NCBI GenBank assembly: GCA_938091905.1
Contig: CALKOM010000093.1
Span: 1 to 61,424 of the forward strand
DNA: 61,424 nucleotides
Source of the DNA: an uncultured Verrucomicrobiales bacterium
Lineage (GTDB): Bacteria > Verrucomicrobiota > Verrucomicrobiia > Verrucomicrobiales > DEV007
Reading direction: 5' to 3'
Shown one piece after another: positions 21,524 to 30,396 of the stretch. Made by a program: the position numbers and the translations under genes. How positions within the stretch are numbered: position 1 is the first letter of the stretch; each line of letters begins with the position of its first letter. The notes below the pieces were generated by a model. That model made no database searches, was not told the origin of the DNA, and worked only from the letters and a program-made list of their open reading frames with translations.

Positions 21524-22006
21524 TTAATCCTCCGCTACCGCGGCGTCTTCGTTCTTGCTACAAGCCCCAAATCGCTGCAGTTCCTCGCAAGAGGCTTCGA
21601 TCCGGATCATCTTCCGCGTCGGCTTGAATCCCAGCCGTCTGGTGATGCAATCTTCCAGAAGATTGATGTGCTCATCCTCAAATTCCACGACCTTGTCGCA
21701 ATCGGTGCAAATTAAGTGATTGTGGTGAGGGTGATCTAGGAAATTGGGATCGTAGTGCTTGTTCTCCTTCCCAAGATCGATCTCGTGAAGAAGTCCACTC
21801 TCCACGAGAAGAGTCAGTGTCCGATACACGGTGGCACGAGAGGTCGACGCGTCCTGTTGACGAGCACGTTCCCAGAGTTCATCTGCGGTGAAATGCTCCT
21901 TTGTCGCGAATGCCGTTTGCACGATTCCCTCCCGCTGAGGGGTCTGGCGAAGTCCTTTCTTTTTAAGAAAGATCTCGAATCGATCTTGGACGTCCTCAAG
22001 TTGCAT
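21524..22006 (-). CDS. fur: Fur family transcriptional regulator
   Basis: GLRQTPQR, SRATVYRTL, HHNHLICTDC. Confidence 0.92.
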   Translation of the reverse strand: MQLEDVQDRFEIFLKKKGLRQTPQREGIVQTAFATKEHFTADELWERARQQDASTSRATVYRTLTLLVESGLLHEIDLGKENKHYDPNFLDHPHHNHLICTDCDKVVEFEDEHINLLEDCITRRLGFKPTRKMIRIEASCEELQRFGACSKNEDAAVAED

Positions 22007-22220
22007 GGTTGGAGCAAGGATAAAGGGATTCGGAGCTTGGTCAATCCGCGTCCACTTAGACGAGAAGAAAGAAGTGCCAGGAAACTACGGCAAGGTCGGA
22101 CACGCTACCGTTGCTCCCTTTCGGGCCTGGCGGAGTTCACACGCCGAACATCCATAGCTCCTGGCGTTCGTGCATTAAACCGCATCGCTATGGGGGCAAC
22201 CACTTTTTGACAGGAAAGCC

Positions 22221-22249
22221 TTGCAGACTTCACTAATCGCTTCTAAATT
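22221..22249 (+). promoter_or_regulatory. Candidate sigma-70 promoter for the coiled-coil protein operon
   Basis: TTGCAG-N17-TAAATT. Confidence 0.35.
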
Positions 22250-22441
22250 AGCGCAATCACAAGCCAAACGCGTAGGGCATTTCAGAGGTTTCCGATCGTC
22301 CGAACGGCCATTCCTTTTACGAGAATGTTCTCAGAAAAGGGTTGCCAAACCCACGTTTCTTGGACACAACACCGTTCCTTGCGAGACACCTCTCGCGGGA
22401 TCCCTAGACGCCCAACCACCCAGTAACCAAACGAATCACCC

Positions 22442-23212
22442 ATGCACAACATGCTCACTACCCTGTCGCTGATCGCACTGATCGGGGCGGCAGTCCTCAG
22501 CTTCATGAACAAGGAGAACCTCGCTACAGCGAAGGTCGACCAGAGCGAAATGAAGAAGGTTCTGAAACGGACCGAAATCGAGTTGGAAGAGTCGACCAAC
22601 ACACTCAATGAACTCGACGGTAACTTGGTCACGGCAACTGCGGAACTCGAGACGTTCGCTACTGAAGCTGAGGCGCTAACATCACAGATCCAGGCGAAGG
22701 AAGATGAACTTGAGACGCTGCAAGGTAACCTTACGGACTCTCAAGAGAACCTCAGCGGGATGAAAGACGAATTTTCCACCGTTGGTGATCTTGAGGCCGC
22801 CAAGAGTAGCCTTGAGGAACTCCGCGCAGAAGTCGCCACCCTTACAAGTAAAGCAAACGCCCTCACGAGCGAAGTGGCCAGCGCCACCAAGGTTTCTCAA
22901 AATCTGCAAAATGAGATTGATGAAATCACCGACCTCAACAAGAAGCAAGACGAGGGAATCGTAGCCGACGACTTCTCTGCTGCCATCGCCCAGGTATACA
23001 CCAATTGGGGCTTCGTCGTTCTCGGAGCAGGCAACAATCAACGCGCAGCAAAAGGAGCAACCCTGTCAGTCCGGCGCAACGGTGCAGAGATTGCTCAAAT
23101 TACGATCACGGACCTGCTTCAAAATCGTGCTGTCGCTGATGTCGTTCGCGGCAGTCTCGCCGAGGGCGTGACACTCCAAGCCGGAGATCGCGTTTACGCC
23201 CAAGCCAAGTAG
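22442..23212 (+). CDS. Membrane-anchored coiled-coil protein with C-terminal beta domain
   Basis: N-terminal hydrophobic anchor, long heptad region, C-terminal WGFVVLGAG...LQAGDRV. Confidence 0.8.
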   Translation: MHNMLTTLSLIALIGAAVLSFMNKENLATAKVDQSEMKKVLKRTEIELEESTNTLNELDGNLVTATAELETFATEAEALTSQIQAKEDELETLQGNLTDSQENLSGMKDEFSTVGDLEAAKSSLEELRAEVATLTSKANALTSEVASATKVSQNLQNEIDEITDLNKKQDEGIVADDFSAAIAQVYTNWGFVVLGAGNNQRAAKGATLSVRRNGAEIAQITITDLLQNRAVADVVRGSLAEGVTLQAGDRVYAQAK

Positions 23213-23258
23213 AGCAACTTAAACATTTCAGTAACCATCCTCTAAAGACTCTATTATC

Positions 23259-24035
23259 ATGAGCAAAGTATTTCTTATCCTCGCCATCATCGCTGCCGGG
23301 GCGGCTTCCTTCATGGCTTTTGGAAACAAAGCCACCTTCACTGACGTCCTCGCAGAGAACAAGAAATCAAAGGCAGAGATCACCAAACTCAAGCGCCGCA
23401 ATAGCACTGAGCTTGGTAAGATTGACAACGCCAAAGCTGACTTGGCTGCCGTTGAAGAATCCCGCAATGAGGCTGAGGCCCGTCGGAATTTAAAGCGTGA
23501 GAACCTGAACAAACGCTCCGCAGCCGTGAACACGACGAATGGCGAGCTACAGAAGGTGAATCTCGAAATTCAGGAACTGACAACGATTCTTAACGGCCTC
23601 GATCTTCCCAATCCTGAAGCTCTCAATTCCGAGTTGGAAACAGCCTCAGGAGAGAAGCTCGAGCTCGAGACAACAATCGAAGAGCAGTCTATTCTCGCGG
23701 AAAGCCTGCGCACGTCGGTCAACGACAAGCGCGGCGTCCTCAAGAGCCTCAAAAAATCGAGCGCCGATCGCGCAGCCAGCCTTGGCGTACGCTCGCGCCG
23801 AGGCCGTATCTCGGCTGTCGATCCTAGCTGGGACTTCGCAGTCATTAACATCGGCAATACTGCCGGAATCAGCGCCAACGACCGTGTCATTGTGGAACGT
23901 GGTGGCCAGCGCGTCGGAATGTTGGTCGTCAAGTCGGTTGAGCGAGCAAGGATCGTCGCCAACCTCGTCCCTGAAACAGGTCAAGGCGTGCAGGCAGGTG
24001 ATACGGTAATCTTTCAGCAGAAAGCAGACGGCTAA
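23259..24035 (+). CDS. Membrane-anchored coiled-coil protein, paralog of the upstream gene
   Basis: Same architecture; C-terminal WDFAVINIG...VQAGDTV. Confidence 0.8.
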   Translation: MSKVFLILAIIAAGAASFMAFGNKATFTDVLAENKKSKAEITKLKRRNSTELGKIDNAKADLAAVEESRNEAEARRNLKRENLNKRSAAVNTTNGELQKVNLEIQELTTILNGLDLPNPEALNSELETASGEKLELETTIEEQSILAESLRTSVNDKRGVLKSLKKSSADRAASLGVRSRRGRISAVDPSWDFAVINIGNTAGISANDRVIVERGGQRVGMLVVKSVERARIVANLVPETGQGVQAGDTVIFQQKADG

Positions 24036-24076
24036 AAATTCAAGCAAGGCACTGGTAACGGTGTCACCCTCCGACC

Positions 24077-24256
24077 ATGAAATCATTCGCCTACCTCTTT
24101 GCGGCCCTTGGGATCCTTAGTCTCGGAGCATGTGAAAGTATAAAATTTAAGGGTGACGACTCAGGCGGAACAATGCCATGGACTTCACCTGAAGGCTTCG
24201 AATCCTCAGGTGCGGGCACTCCTTTCGGAGCCATGGGCGGTCTCCAAGGCCGCTAA
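24077..24256 (+). CDS. Small lipoprotein (59 aa)
   Basis: Manual translation MKSFAYLFAALGILSLGAC-ESIKFKGDDSGGTMPWTSPEGFESSGAGTPFGAMGGLQGR*; lipobox LGAC; followed by a terminator; below the ORF-track cut-off. Confidence 0.8.
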   Translation: MKSFAYLFAALGILSLGACESIKFKGDDSGGTMPWTSPEGFESSGAGTPFGAMGGLQGR

Positions 24257-24285
24257 TTTCGAGCTCTAAACGAAATCTCTTCTAC

Positions 24286-24320
24286 AGAAAGGCGGCCCCA
24301 GGGTCGCCTTTCTTGTTTCT
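24286..24320 (+). terminator. Rho-independent terminator
   Basis: AGAAAGGCGGCCC-CA-GGGTCGCCTTTCT followed by TGTTTCT. Confidence 0.75.
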
Positions 24321-24338
24321 GTCCGGCATTCTTCCTCT

Positions 24339-24698
24339 ATGGCAAATAACGTCCTCGGCACCGAGCTCACTACCTGTTCAACCGAGCCCATGACGGGCTT
24401 CTTTCGAGACGGCTGTTGCAATACAAACGCTGACGATCAGGGCATGCACTCAATCTGCGTCGTTTTAACAGACACGTTTCTCGCCTTTAGCAAAGAGCGC
24501 GGCAACGATCTCTCTACCCCGCATCCAGCCTACGGATTCCCGGGCCTTGTCGCTGGCAACCGCTGGTGCCTCTGCCTCAGCCGCTGGGTCGAAGCACTTC
24601 AGGCAGATTGCGCGCCCAAAGTCGTCTTGGAGGCCACCCATGCTTCGGTCGCCGAGTTCGTTGATCTAGAGACGCTCCAGGAACACGCCGTCTCCTGA
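24339..24698 (+). CDS. DUF2237 family protein
   Basis: NVLGTEL..CS..PMTGFFRDGCC, GNDLSTP, RWCLC. Confidence 0.9.
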   Translation: MANNVLGTELTTCSTEPMTGFFRDGCCNTNADDQGMHSICVVLTDTFLAFSKERGNDLSTPHPAYGFPGLVAGNRWCLCLSRWVEALQADCAPKVVLEATHASVAEFVDLETLQEHAVS

Positions 24699-24712
24699 AA
24701 AACCCTTCCATC

Positions 24713-25201
24713 CTACTTGGAAAACGTTCTAGGAGGTTCCCCGGGCTTGGGAATGTGCTCGAAGTCCCCTTCCTCACAGCACCGCACGAAGCCTTCCGTA
24801 AAACCCTTGAGATGCTCCCAGACACTCCGAATCTCTTCCGATTCATCGTCGGTGATGGAGTTGTCCACGGCCGCCTTTGAGATCGTCGACAGAAGGTCCG
24901 CAAATTGCTGCACGATCTCGTTCGTGGCTGGCACCACTTCAAAGCCCTCATCGCAAAAACTCTTTGGATTCCGCACAAAGTAGCCACCGGCTTGCTGGCA
25001 GAGCCACTCAATGATACCTGAATCCCCTGTAAGCGTCCGCAGTTGGTCCACACGGTCCAAAGGATTGCGGCTTCCGCTCCCCATATCCGTATTCGGCTGC
25101 GCCCACTTGTAGACGAGCGAGAGTGAAAGTCCCATCTCCGCAGCCACCTCCTTGGGTCCCCGGTTCTTGAAAGCCTTGCGAATCACGTCGTGAGAATCCA
25201 T
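24713..25201 (-). CDS. Phage regulatory CII-like (CP76/YmfL-like) HTH protein
   Basis: KEVAAEMGLSLSLVYKWA HTH, RNPLDRV, DNSITDDESEEIR. Confidence 0.65.
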   Translation of the reverse strand: MDSHDVIRKAFKNRGPKEVAAEMGLSLSLVYKWAQPNTDMGSGSRNPLDRVDQLRTLTGDSGIIEWLCQQAGGYFVRNPKSFCDEGFEVVPATNEIVQQFADLLSTISKAAVDNSITDDESEEIRSVWEHLKGFTEGFVRCCEEGDFEHIPKPGEPPRTFSK

Positions 25202-25423
25202 GATTTCCCATAAACTAAACTTAGCTTTCAATCGATCAGAAAACGCGATTTGCCTCAGCAGATCGAGCCGTCACAAAGAAATCTCCCCTGAATTCTCAAT
25301 TTGCCTTGAAAAAACTGGTAGAAACCGTTCGAAATGAGAGTATCAGTATAGGAATTCGCTTGCGCGATCCGGCAATTCTCCGATACCTTTAACAGAACTA
25401 TTTACCAAACGAGGAAACAACGC

Positions 25424-26047
25424 ATGAAGAAAGTTATTCTTACCACCTCCATCGCCGCTCTGGGACTGGCTCTCCAGGCCTCTGCAGCGGATCTCACCGA
25501 GAAGCTGATCGACGCGAAGAGCTGCAAAGCTGCTTCCCAGCTTGTCACTACGGGCATGAATGTTTCCAGCGAAGTCGCCACGGTGACCGCTACGCTTGAA
25601 GTTGCTCTCAAAGCAAAAGCCTCCTGCGCATGCGAGACAGTGACCGCTGTCATCGAAGCCACCGGAGCTGACGCCAAAGACAAGAAGGCTCTCATCGAGG
25701 CAATCTTCGAAACCGCTATCACCGCGCTTCCTGAGGAGACGGCCGCCATCACTGAGTGCGCAGTCGCGGCAGCTCCAGCGCACGCTTCCACTATCGAGAA
25801 GGTTCTCAACAAGGTCTTCGCCGGCCAAGACAACGATTACCTCGGCGAAAGTGGTTCCGAGAAGGGCTACTCCAAGCAGGAAAGCTACGGTAAGAGCGAG
25901 CCTGTCGAAACAGAAGAGGTCGCCGAAGAGTCTGAATATCCAGTCTACTCGCTTCCCGCGCCAGTCTACCTCATCGCTCCAAGTGGTGGGATCGTTCCTC
26001 CAGGTGAGTTCTCACCGGTAAGCCCAAGCAGTCCATCCAAGGACTAG
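25424..26047 (+). CDS. Secreted Ala-rich helical hypothetical protein
   Basis: GAGGA RBS, signal peptide, Ala/Cys helical repeats, Pro/Ser tail, downstream terminator. Confidence 0.75.
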   Translation: MKKVILTTSIAALGLALQASAADLTEKLIDAKSCKAASQLVTTGMNVSSEVATVTATLEVALKAKASCACETVTAVIEATGADAKDKKALIEAIFETAITALPEETAAITECAVAAAPAHASTIEKVLNKVFAGQDNDYLGESGSEKGYSKQESYGKSEPVETEEVAEESEYPVYSLPAPVYLIAPSGGIVPPGEFSPVSPSSPSKD

Positions 26048-26086
26048 TTCCAACTAAGACTTAAGCAGTCTGACCGTTATTTTATT

Positions 26087-26119
26087 AGAAGGCCTAGCTC
26101 AGTGAGCTAGGCCTTCTTG
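26087..26119 (+). terminator. Rho-independent terminator
   Basis: Perfect inverted repeat AGAAGGCCTAGCTCA-G-TGAGCTAGGCCTTCT. Confidence 0.75.
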
Positions 26120-26216
26120 GTTTAGTAAATCAGCGCCAACCCCTTCCTCTGAGCCATCCGTTAGAAAGCCCTGGACGATTCTATTCTTTGCACTGGGCAT
26201 TTTTCCTACCTCGGTC

Positions 26217-27608
26217 ATGCTTGGCAATATGACCGAGCTGCAGTTCGACAAGGGGACACTGATCCTGCATCGGCTCACCCAAGAAGAACAGCAGACTCTG
26301 CAGCTAGCGGGCGTGCAATGGGATCAACGCACCCAAACCCATCGCGCCCCAGCTTGGTATTACCGCGAGATCATTCTCCAACTGCGCCAGAATGAGGTCG
26401 CTCATGAGGACCACGCCAAGAGCTTCGAACCGGTAGCACTTCCTCTGAAGAAGCCTATCACCCCGCGGCCCTTCCAAGCTAAGGCACGCGATGCTTGGAT
26501 CGAGAACGGCAAGCAAGGTGTCGTTGTACTGCCGACGGGAGCGGGCAAGACCGTCCTAGCGGTGCTCCTGATCAGCTTGACGGAACGCCCGACGCTCATT
26601 CACGTCCCCACGATTGATCTTATGCATCAATGGATCGATGTGCTCTCGGCCCATTTCGATGAACCCATCGGCGCACTCGGCGGTGGCAGTCATGAAATTG
26701 AACGCCTCACGGTTTCCACTTACGATTCGGCCCTCATCCATGCCACACACAAGGGGAACGCTTTCGGGTTTGTCATCTATGATGAATGTCATCATTTGCC
26801 GAGCGAACAGTATCAATTCACCGCTTTGGCGACTTTAGCGCCCTTTCGACTCGGACTCACCGCCACGCCGGAACGAGCCGATGGACGTGAAGCCCAACTT
26901 TACGAATGGCTAGGCGGTCTTTGTTTCACGATTCACATAGACGAATTGGAGGGTAACACCTTGGCTCCGTACGATGTGGAAACGATCGAGATCGATCTGA
27001 CTGATGAGGAACGGGCCATTTATGACGAAACACGTGCAAACTACATCGACTTCCTCCGCAGTGAACACATCAACATGAGTTCGCCACGTGGCTGGCAAAC
27101 ATTCATTTATCGATCCAGCCTTACACCTGAAGGTCGCCAAGCCTTCCAAGCGTATCTCACACAGAAACGTCTCAGCCAGGCAGCCGCTGGAAAGGAAGAA
27201 GCTATCTGGAATCTTCTCCAGCAGCATAGAGGCGATCTTATCCTCATCTTCACTCAGGACAACGACATGGCGTATCGGTTAGGCCGTCGATTCCTTCTCC
27301 CCGTACTCACTCACCAGACCAAGGTCAAGGAGCGTAAAGCCTTTCTCGACGCCTTTCGCGCAGGAGACTATCGCATCCTCGTCACGTCTAAAGTGCTCAA
27401 CGAAGGTGTCGATGTGCCCGAAGCCAATGTCGCCATTGTCGTCTCTGGAAGTGGCAGCATCCGCGAACATGTGCAGCGGCTCGGCCGCGTGCTCCGCGCC
27501 CGCCCTGGCAAACGCGCTACACTTTACGAACTCATCGCTCGCGATACTGGCGAGTATTATATCAACGAACGGCGACGCCAACACCGTGCTTACGAAAGAT
27601 TTAGTTAG
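26217..27608 (+). CDS. XPB/Rad25-like SF2 DNA helicase
   Basis: VLPTGAGKT, DECHH, LGLTATPER, LNEGVDVP, QRLGRVLR. Confidence 0.9.
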   Translation: MLGNMTELQFDKGTLILHRLTQEEQQTLQLAGVQWDQRTQTHRAPAWYYREIILQLRQNEVAHEDHAKSFEPVALPLKKPITPRPFQAKARDAWIENGKQGVVVLPTGAGKTVLAVLLISLTERPTLIHVPTIDLMHQWIDVLSAHFDEPIGALGGGSHEIERLTVSTYDSALIHATHKGNAFGFVIYDECHHLPSEQYQFTALATLAPFRLGLTATPERADGREAQLYEWLGGLCFTIHIDELEGNTLAPYDVETIEIDLTDEERAIYDETRANYIDFLRSEHINMSSPRGWQTFIYRSSLTPEGRQAFQAYLTQKRLSQAAAGKEEAIWNLLQQHRGDLILIFTQDNDMAYRLGRRFLLPVLTHQTKVKERKAFLDAFRAGDYRILVTSKVLNEGVDVPEANVAIVVSGSGSIREHVQRLGRVLRARPGKRATLYELIARDTGEYYINERRRQHRAYERFS

Positions 27609-28806
27609 GTTCAGCCTCAAGGGGACGGCTGTGAAACCGGATTTCATCGATCCAGCCAACCGAGCCTTGATTGGCCTGGCAGAGAATTTGCTGGCTGTTT
27701 TTCGAGAAAGCGTGGGTAAGACACGGTCGCAGATCGAGGAAGAGAGTAAGGTCATCATTGATTCCGCCGAGACCAGCGCCCTCTTTGCCCGCGGCTTAGA
27801 GAAGCTCCTCATGGATCGCCTTGAGTTCGAGACCGCCGCCGATGAAGACCTCATTGCGTGGCGTCACCAGCTCTTTCTGCAAACTAGCCAGCTCTTGTCT
27901 CGCGAAGCGTTTCCCACACTAGATGCTTATCACCAGGCCCTTGCCAATCAACAAGGCAAGCCCATTGGGACCGTTGCCGACACTCTTTTCAGCGACCTCC
28001 CTGAGAATCAGCGCGCCCTTCATTTCAGAAGTTTCTCCGCAGAACGCCTTCTCCACCGATACAATGTCGCCCATGTGCAGTGGCTCCTTCTCAACGCCCA
28101 CGCGCTAACCATATCGACCAAACAACAAGACACAAAAGCCTGGCGACAGTTCTTCCGACACCTACGCTTTCACCAATTGCTTGCCGATATTAGCAAGAAC
28201 AAAGCGGGTACCTTCAAGATCACGGTGGATGGCCCGATAAGTCTCTTCCAACAGACGAAGAAGTATGGCCTGAGTCTGGCAACGTTCTTTCCAGCAGTCC
28301 TTCATCTTTCTGAATGGAAGCTTCAGGCTGACATTCACCTAAGAAACCGCAAACCGAAGCGGCTCGTCCTCGATCACACGGTGGGATTGCGCCCCTATTC
28401 CGGCCATTTCCTTGCCCACATCCCAGAAGAAATTGCCATGTTTCAGAAGCTCTTTCAGGTCCAAGAAACGGAATGGAAGATCGCTCCTGCAGATGATTTC
28501 ATTCGGCTTCCCGGAGACGCCTATGGTTTTGCCGACTTCGGCTTGGAACATCCTTCAGGGAAAGCAGTTGGCCTCGAATGCTTTCATGCATGGCACGGTG
28601 GCCCACTCAACCATCGACTCAAACAGCTCAAGGACCTGGAAGAAATCCCACCACTCTTGCTCGGCGTTGATCGCAAACTTGCCAAAGATCCCGCCATCAC
28701 CGCGCGTCTGGAGGAATCCTCCTATTTCCGGAAATGGGGCTTTCTCTTCCGAGAAATGCCCTCGCCAAAAGCCGTCCTCAAGTGCTTGAAAGCACTGAGC
28801 GCATAA
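27586..28806 (+). CDS. DUF790 family (Bax1-like) predicted endonuclease
   Basis: GTG start MLTKDLVRF overlapping the helicase end; LLHRYNVAHVQ, DGPISLFQQTKKYG, ADF...LECFHAW (PD-(D/E)xK-like). Confidence 0.85.
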   Translation: MLTKDLVRFSLKGTAVKPDFIDPANRALIGLAENLLAVFRESVGKTRSQIEEESKVIIDSAETSALFARGLEKLLMDRLEFETAADEDLIAWRHQLFLQTSQLLSREAFPTLDAYHQALANQQGKPIGTVADTLFSDLPENQRALHFRSFSAERLLHRYNVAHVQWLLLNAHALTISTKQQDTKAWRQFFRHLRFHQLLADISKNKAGTFKITVDGPISLFQQTKKYGLSLATFFPAVLHLSEWKLQADIHLRNRKPKRLVLDHTVGLRPYSGHFLAHIPEEIAMFQKLFQVQETEWKIAPADDFIRLPGDAYGFADFGLEHPSGKAVGLECFHAWHGGPLNHRLKQLKDLEEIPPLLLGVDRKLAKDPAITARLEESSYFRKWGFLFREMPSPKAVLKCLKALSA

Positions 28807-28807
28807 A

Positions 28808-30055
28808 CTACTCCGGCAACTTCATCTTCGCCGGAGATCGCCCGCTCTTTGGGCGCGTGTACGGGGCGCCATACTCCGAGTAGCCGTCCCCGAAGCCTCC
28901 GTGAGAAAGAAAGAACTGGCCTTCATCGGTTAGGCCCATGAAACGGTCTAACCGATCAGCCTTGCCTGTCTTATCGTGACTGAAGGTGGCTTTAGTGACT
29001 TCGTGCCACTTGCCATCCGCCGTTCGGATCCATTGGTTCTCATAGAGTGCCTTACGTAAGACATGCCCATTCTTTCCCGCGAAGTTCTCACTGAAGCTAT
29101 AGAGACCACGCAGGTATTTCCCTTCCTTTGGCGCCTTCCAACTTGAGATTAACATCCAGTCCTTCTTGTCTGGGTGAAAGTAATAGCCCGCAAAGATCGT
29201 GTAGGTTTCCTCCACTGGCTTAGCGGTAACAAGAAACTTCTGCCGTTCGCCCGTCTTCCAACCGTACTTGAGGTGGCTGTGTCCCCCGGTTCCCTCATTG
29301 CCAAAGTCCCCGCTATAAACATCTTCGCCCTTCGCAACCAACGTCACACGATTCTCATCGCCGACCTTATCTCGATCGATCGCTTCGCCGCCGCTATCCC
29401 ATACGCTGAAAATAATGCGACGCTCTTTTTGGCTATTGACTTGCATACCGAAATAGCCCCGATGCCATCCGCAAGCCATGTAATAAGTCCAGAGCGGGTC
29501 TTCCACTCCCGTCATCTCACAATAGAATGCCGATACTTGTTTCTCTTTATCCACGGGATAAGCCAAGTGAACCGATGCAGCATTCCGGCGCGACTTTCGA
29601 TTAAAATGAGCCTCTTTGATCGCCGACCCGTCGAGTAACAAGGCCTGTAACGCTCCCTGCGGTTTCGGCGATTCGAGCACGAACGACTGATAACCCGGCT
29701 CGTTTAACTTGAAGCTTCCAAAGTCTACCACCACTGAAACGTCCTTCCCTCTACCCCGAACAGTCGCGTTGTGACTTTCCTTCCCCACCGTCATGGATAG
29801 AGGCACCTGCTCCCCTTCGGCTAGACGGATTTCTAATTGCACACTCACCTCACCCGCAAAGGCAAGTTTCCCAAACCAACTCACCTTCATTTCCGGGTCG
29901 TTCCAATTGGTCACCCCGCGCTTCTCGGACACACGAGCACCACTGGGATCAGGATCGATGTAACCAGTGAAGGCGGGCACACGAAGTTCTGCTAGAGCAG
30001 CCCCAGAGACCATCACGAGAACGGTAAGAAGATAAAGAGAGCGGGTAACGAACAT
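28808..30055 (-). CDS. Secreted DUF5077/DUF3472 domain protein
   Basis: Signal peptide; GYFGMQVNS..ERRIIFSVWD, FGNEGTGG, SFSENF. Confidence 0.85.
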   Translation of the reverse strand: MFVTRSLYLLTVLVMVSGAALAELRVPAFTGYIDPDPSGARVSEKRGVTNWNDPEMKVSWFGKLAFAGEVSVQLEIRLAEGEQVPLSMTVGKESHNATVRGRGKDVSVVVDFGSFKLNEPGYQSFVLESPKPQGALQALLLDGSAIKEAHFNRKSRRNAASVHLAYPVDKEKQVSAFYCEMTGVEDPLWTYYMACGWHRGYFGMQVNSQKERRIIFSVWDSGGEAIDRDKVGDENRVTLVAKGEDVYSGDFGNEGTGGHSHLKYGWKTGERQKFLVTAKPVEETYTIFAGYYFHPDKKDWMLISSWKAPKEGKYLRGLYSFSENFAGKNGHVLRKALYENQWIRTADGKWHEVTKATFSHDKTGKADRLDRFMGLTDEGQFFLSHGGFGDGYSEYGAPYTRPKSGRSPAKMKLPE

Positions 30056-30396
30056 AGCGACACCGTAGAGGCAAATCAGGGGATGGAAACTCGGACCTGC
30101 ACAAAGCAGCGCCCGGTAGCCTCATCGCCTACAGCACTCACCATGTCGCGAGCCCAGTTGAGTCGAAGTTGGCCGCTCGGCTTCAAACGCCACCTTCTCA
30201 TTCACGTAGACAAAGGGATCAGGCAAGCGTGGCTCAGCCAACACTTGCACCACATCTGAAGACCTTCAGGGTTGAAGATGCTCGACCACCTTCACCCAAT
30301 CATTAACCTATTCACCTATGCATGGGAAGCTGTAAAAATAGTAGACTCTTCATCATCACTCCAAAAACTTACCTATCGTAGATTATTAACGTTAGC

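Noticed and set aside
27406..27585. ORF-track N-terminal extension of the DUF790 gene (similarly for carB, truB, ribF, argH, ugd and the SGNH fusion)
   Set aside because: Extensions overlap neighbouring genes or precede the family-typical N-terminus; downstream starts were used
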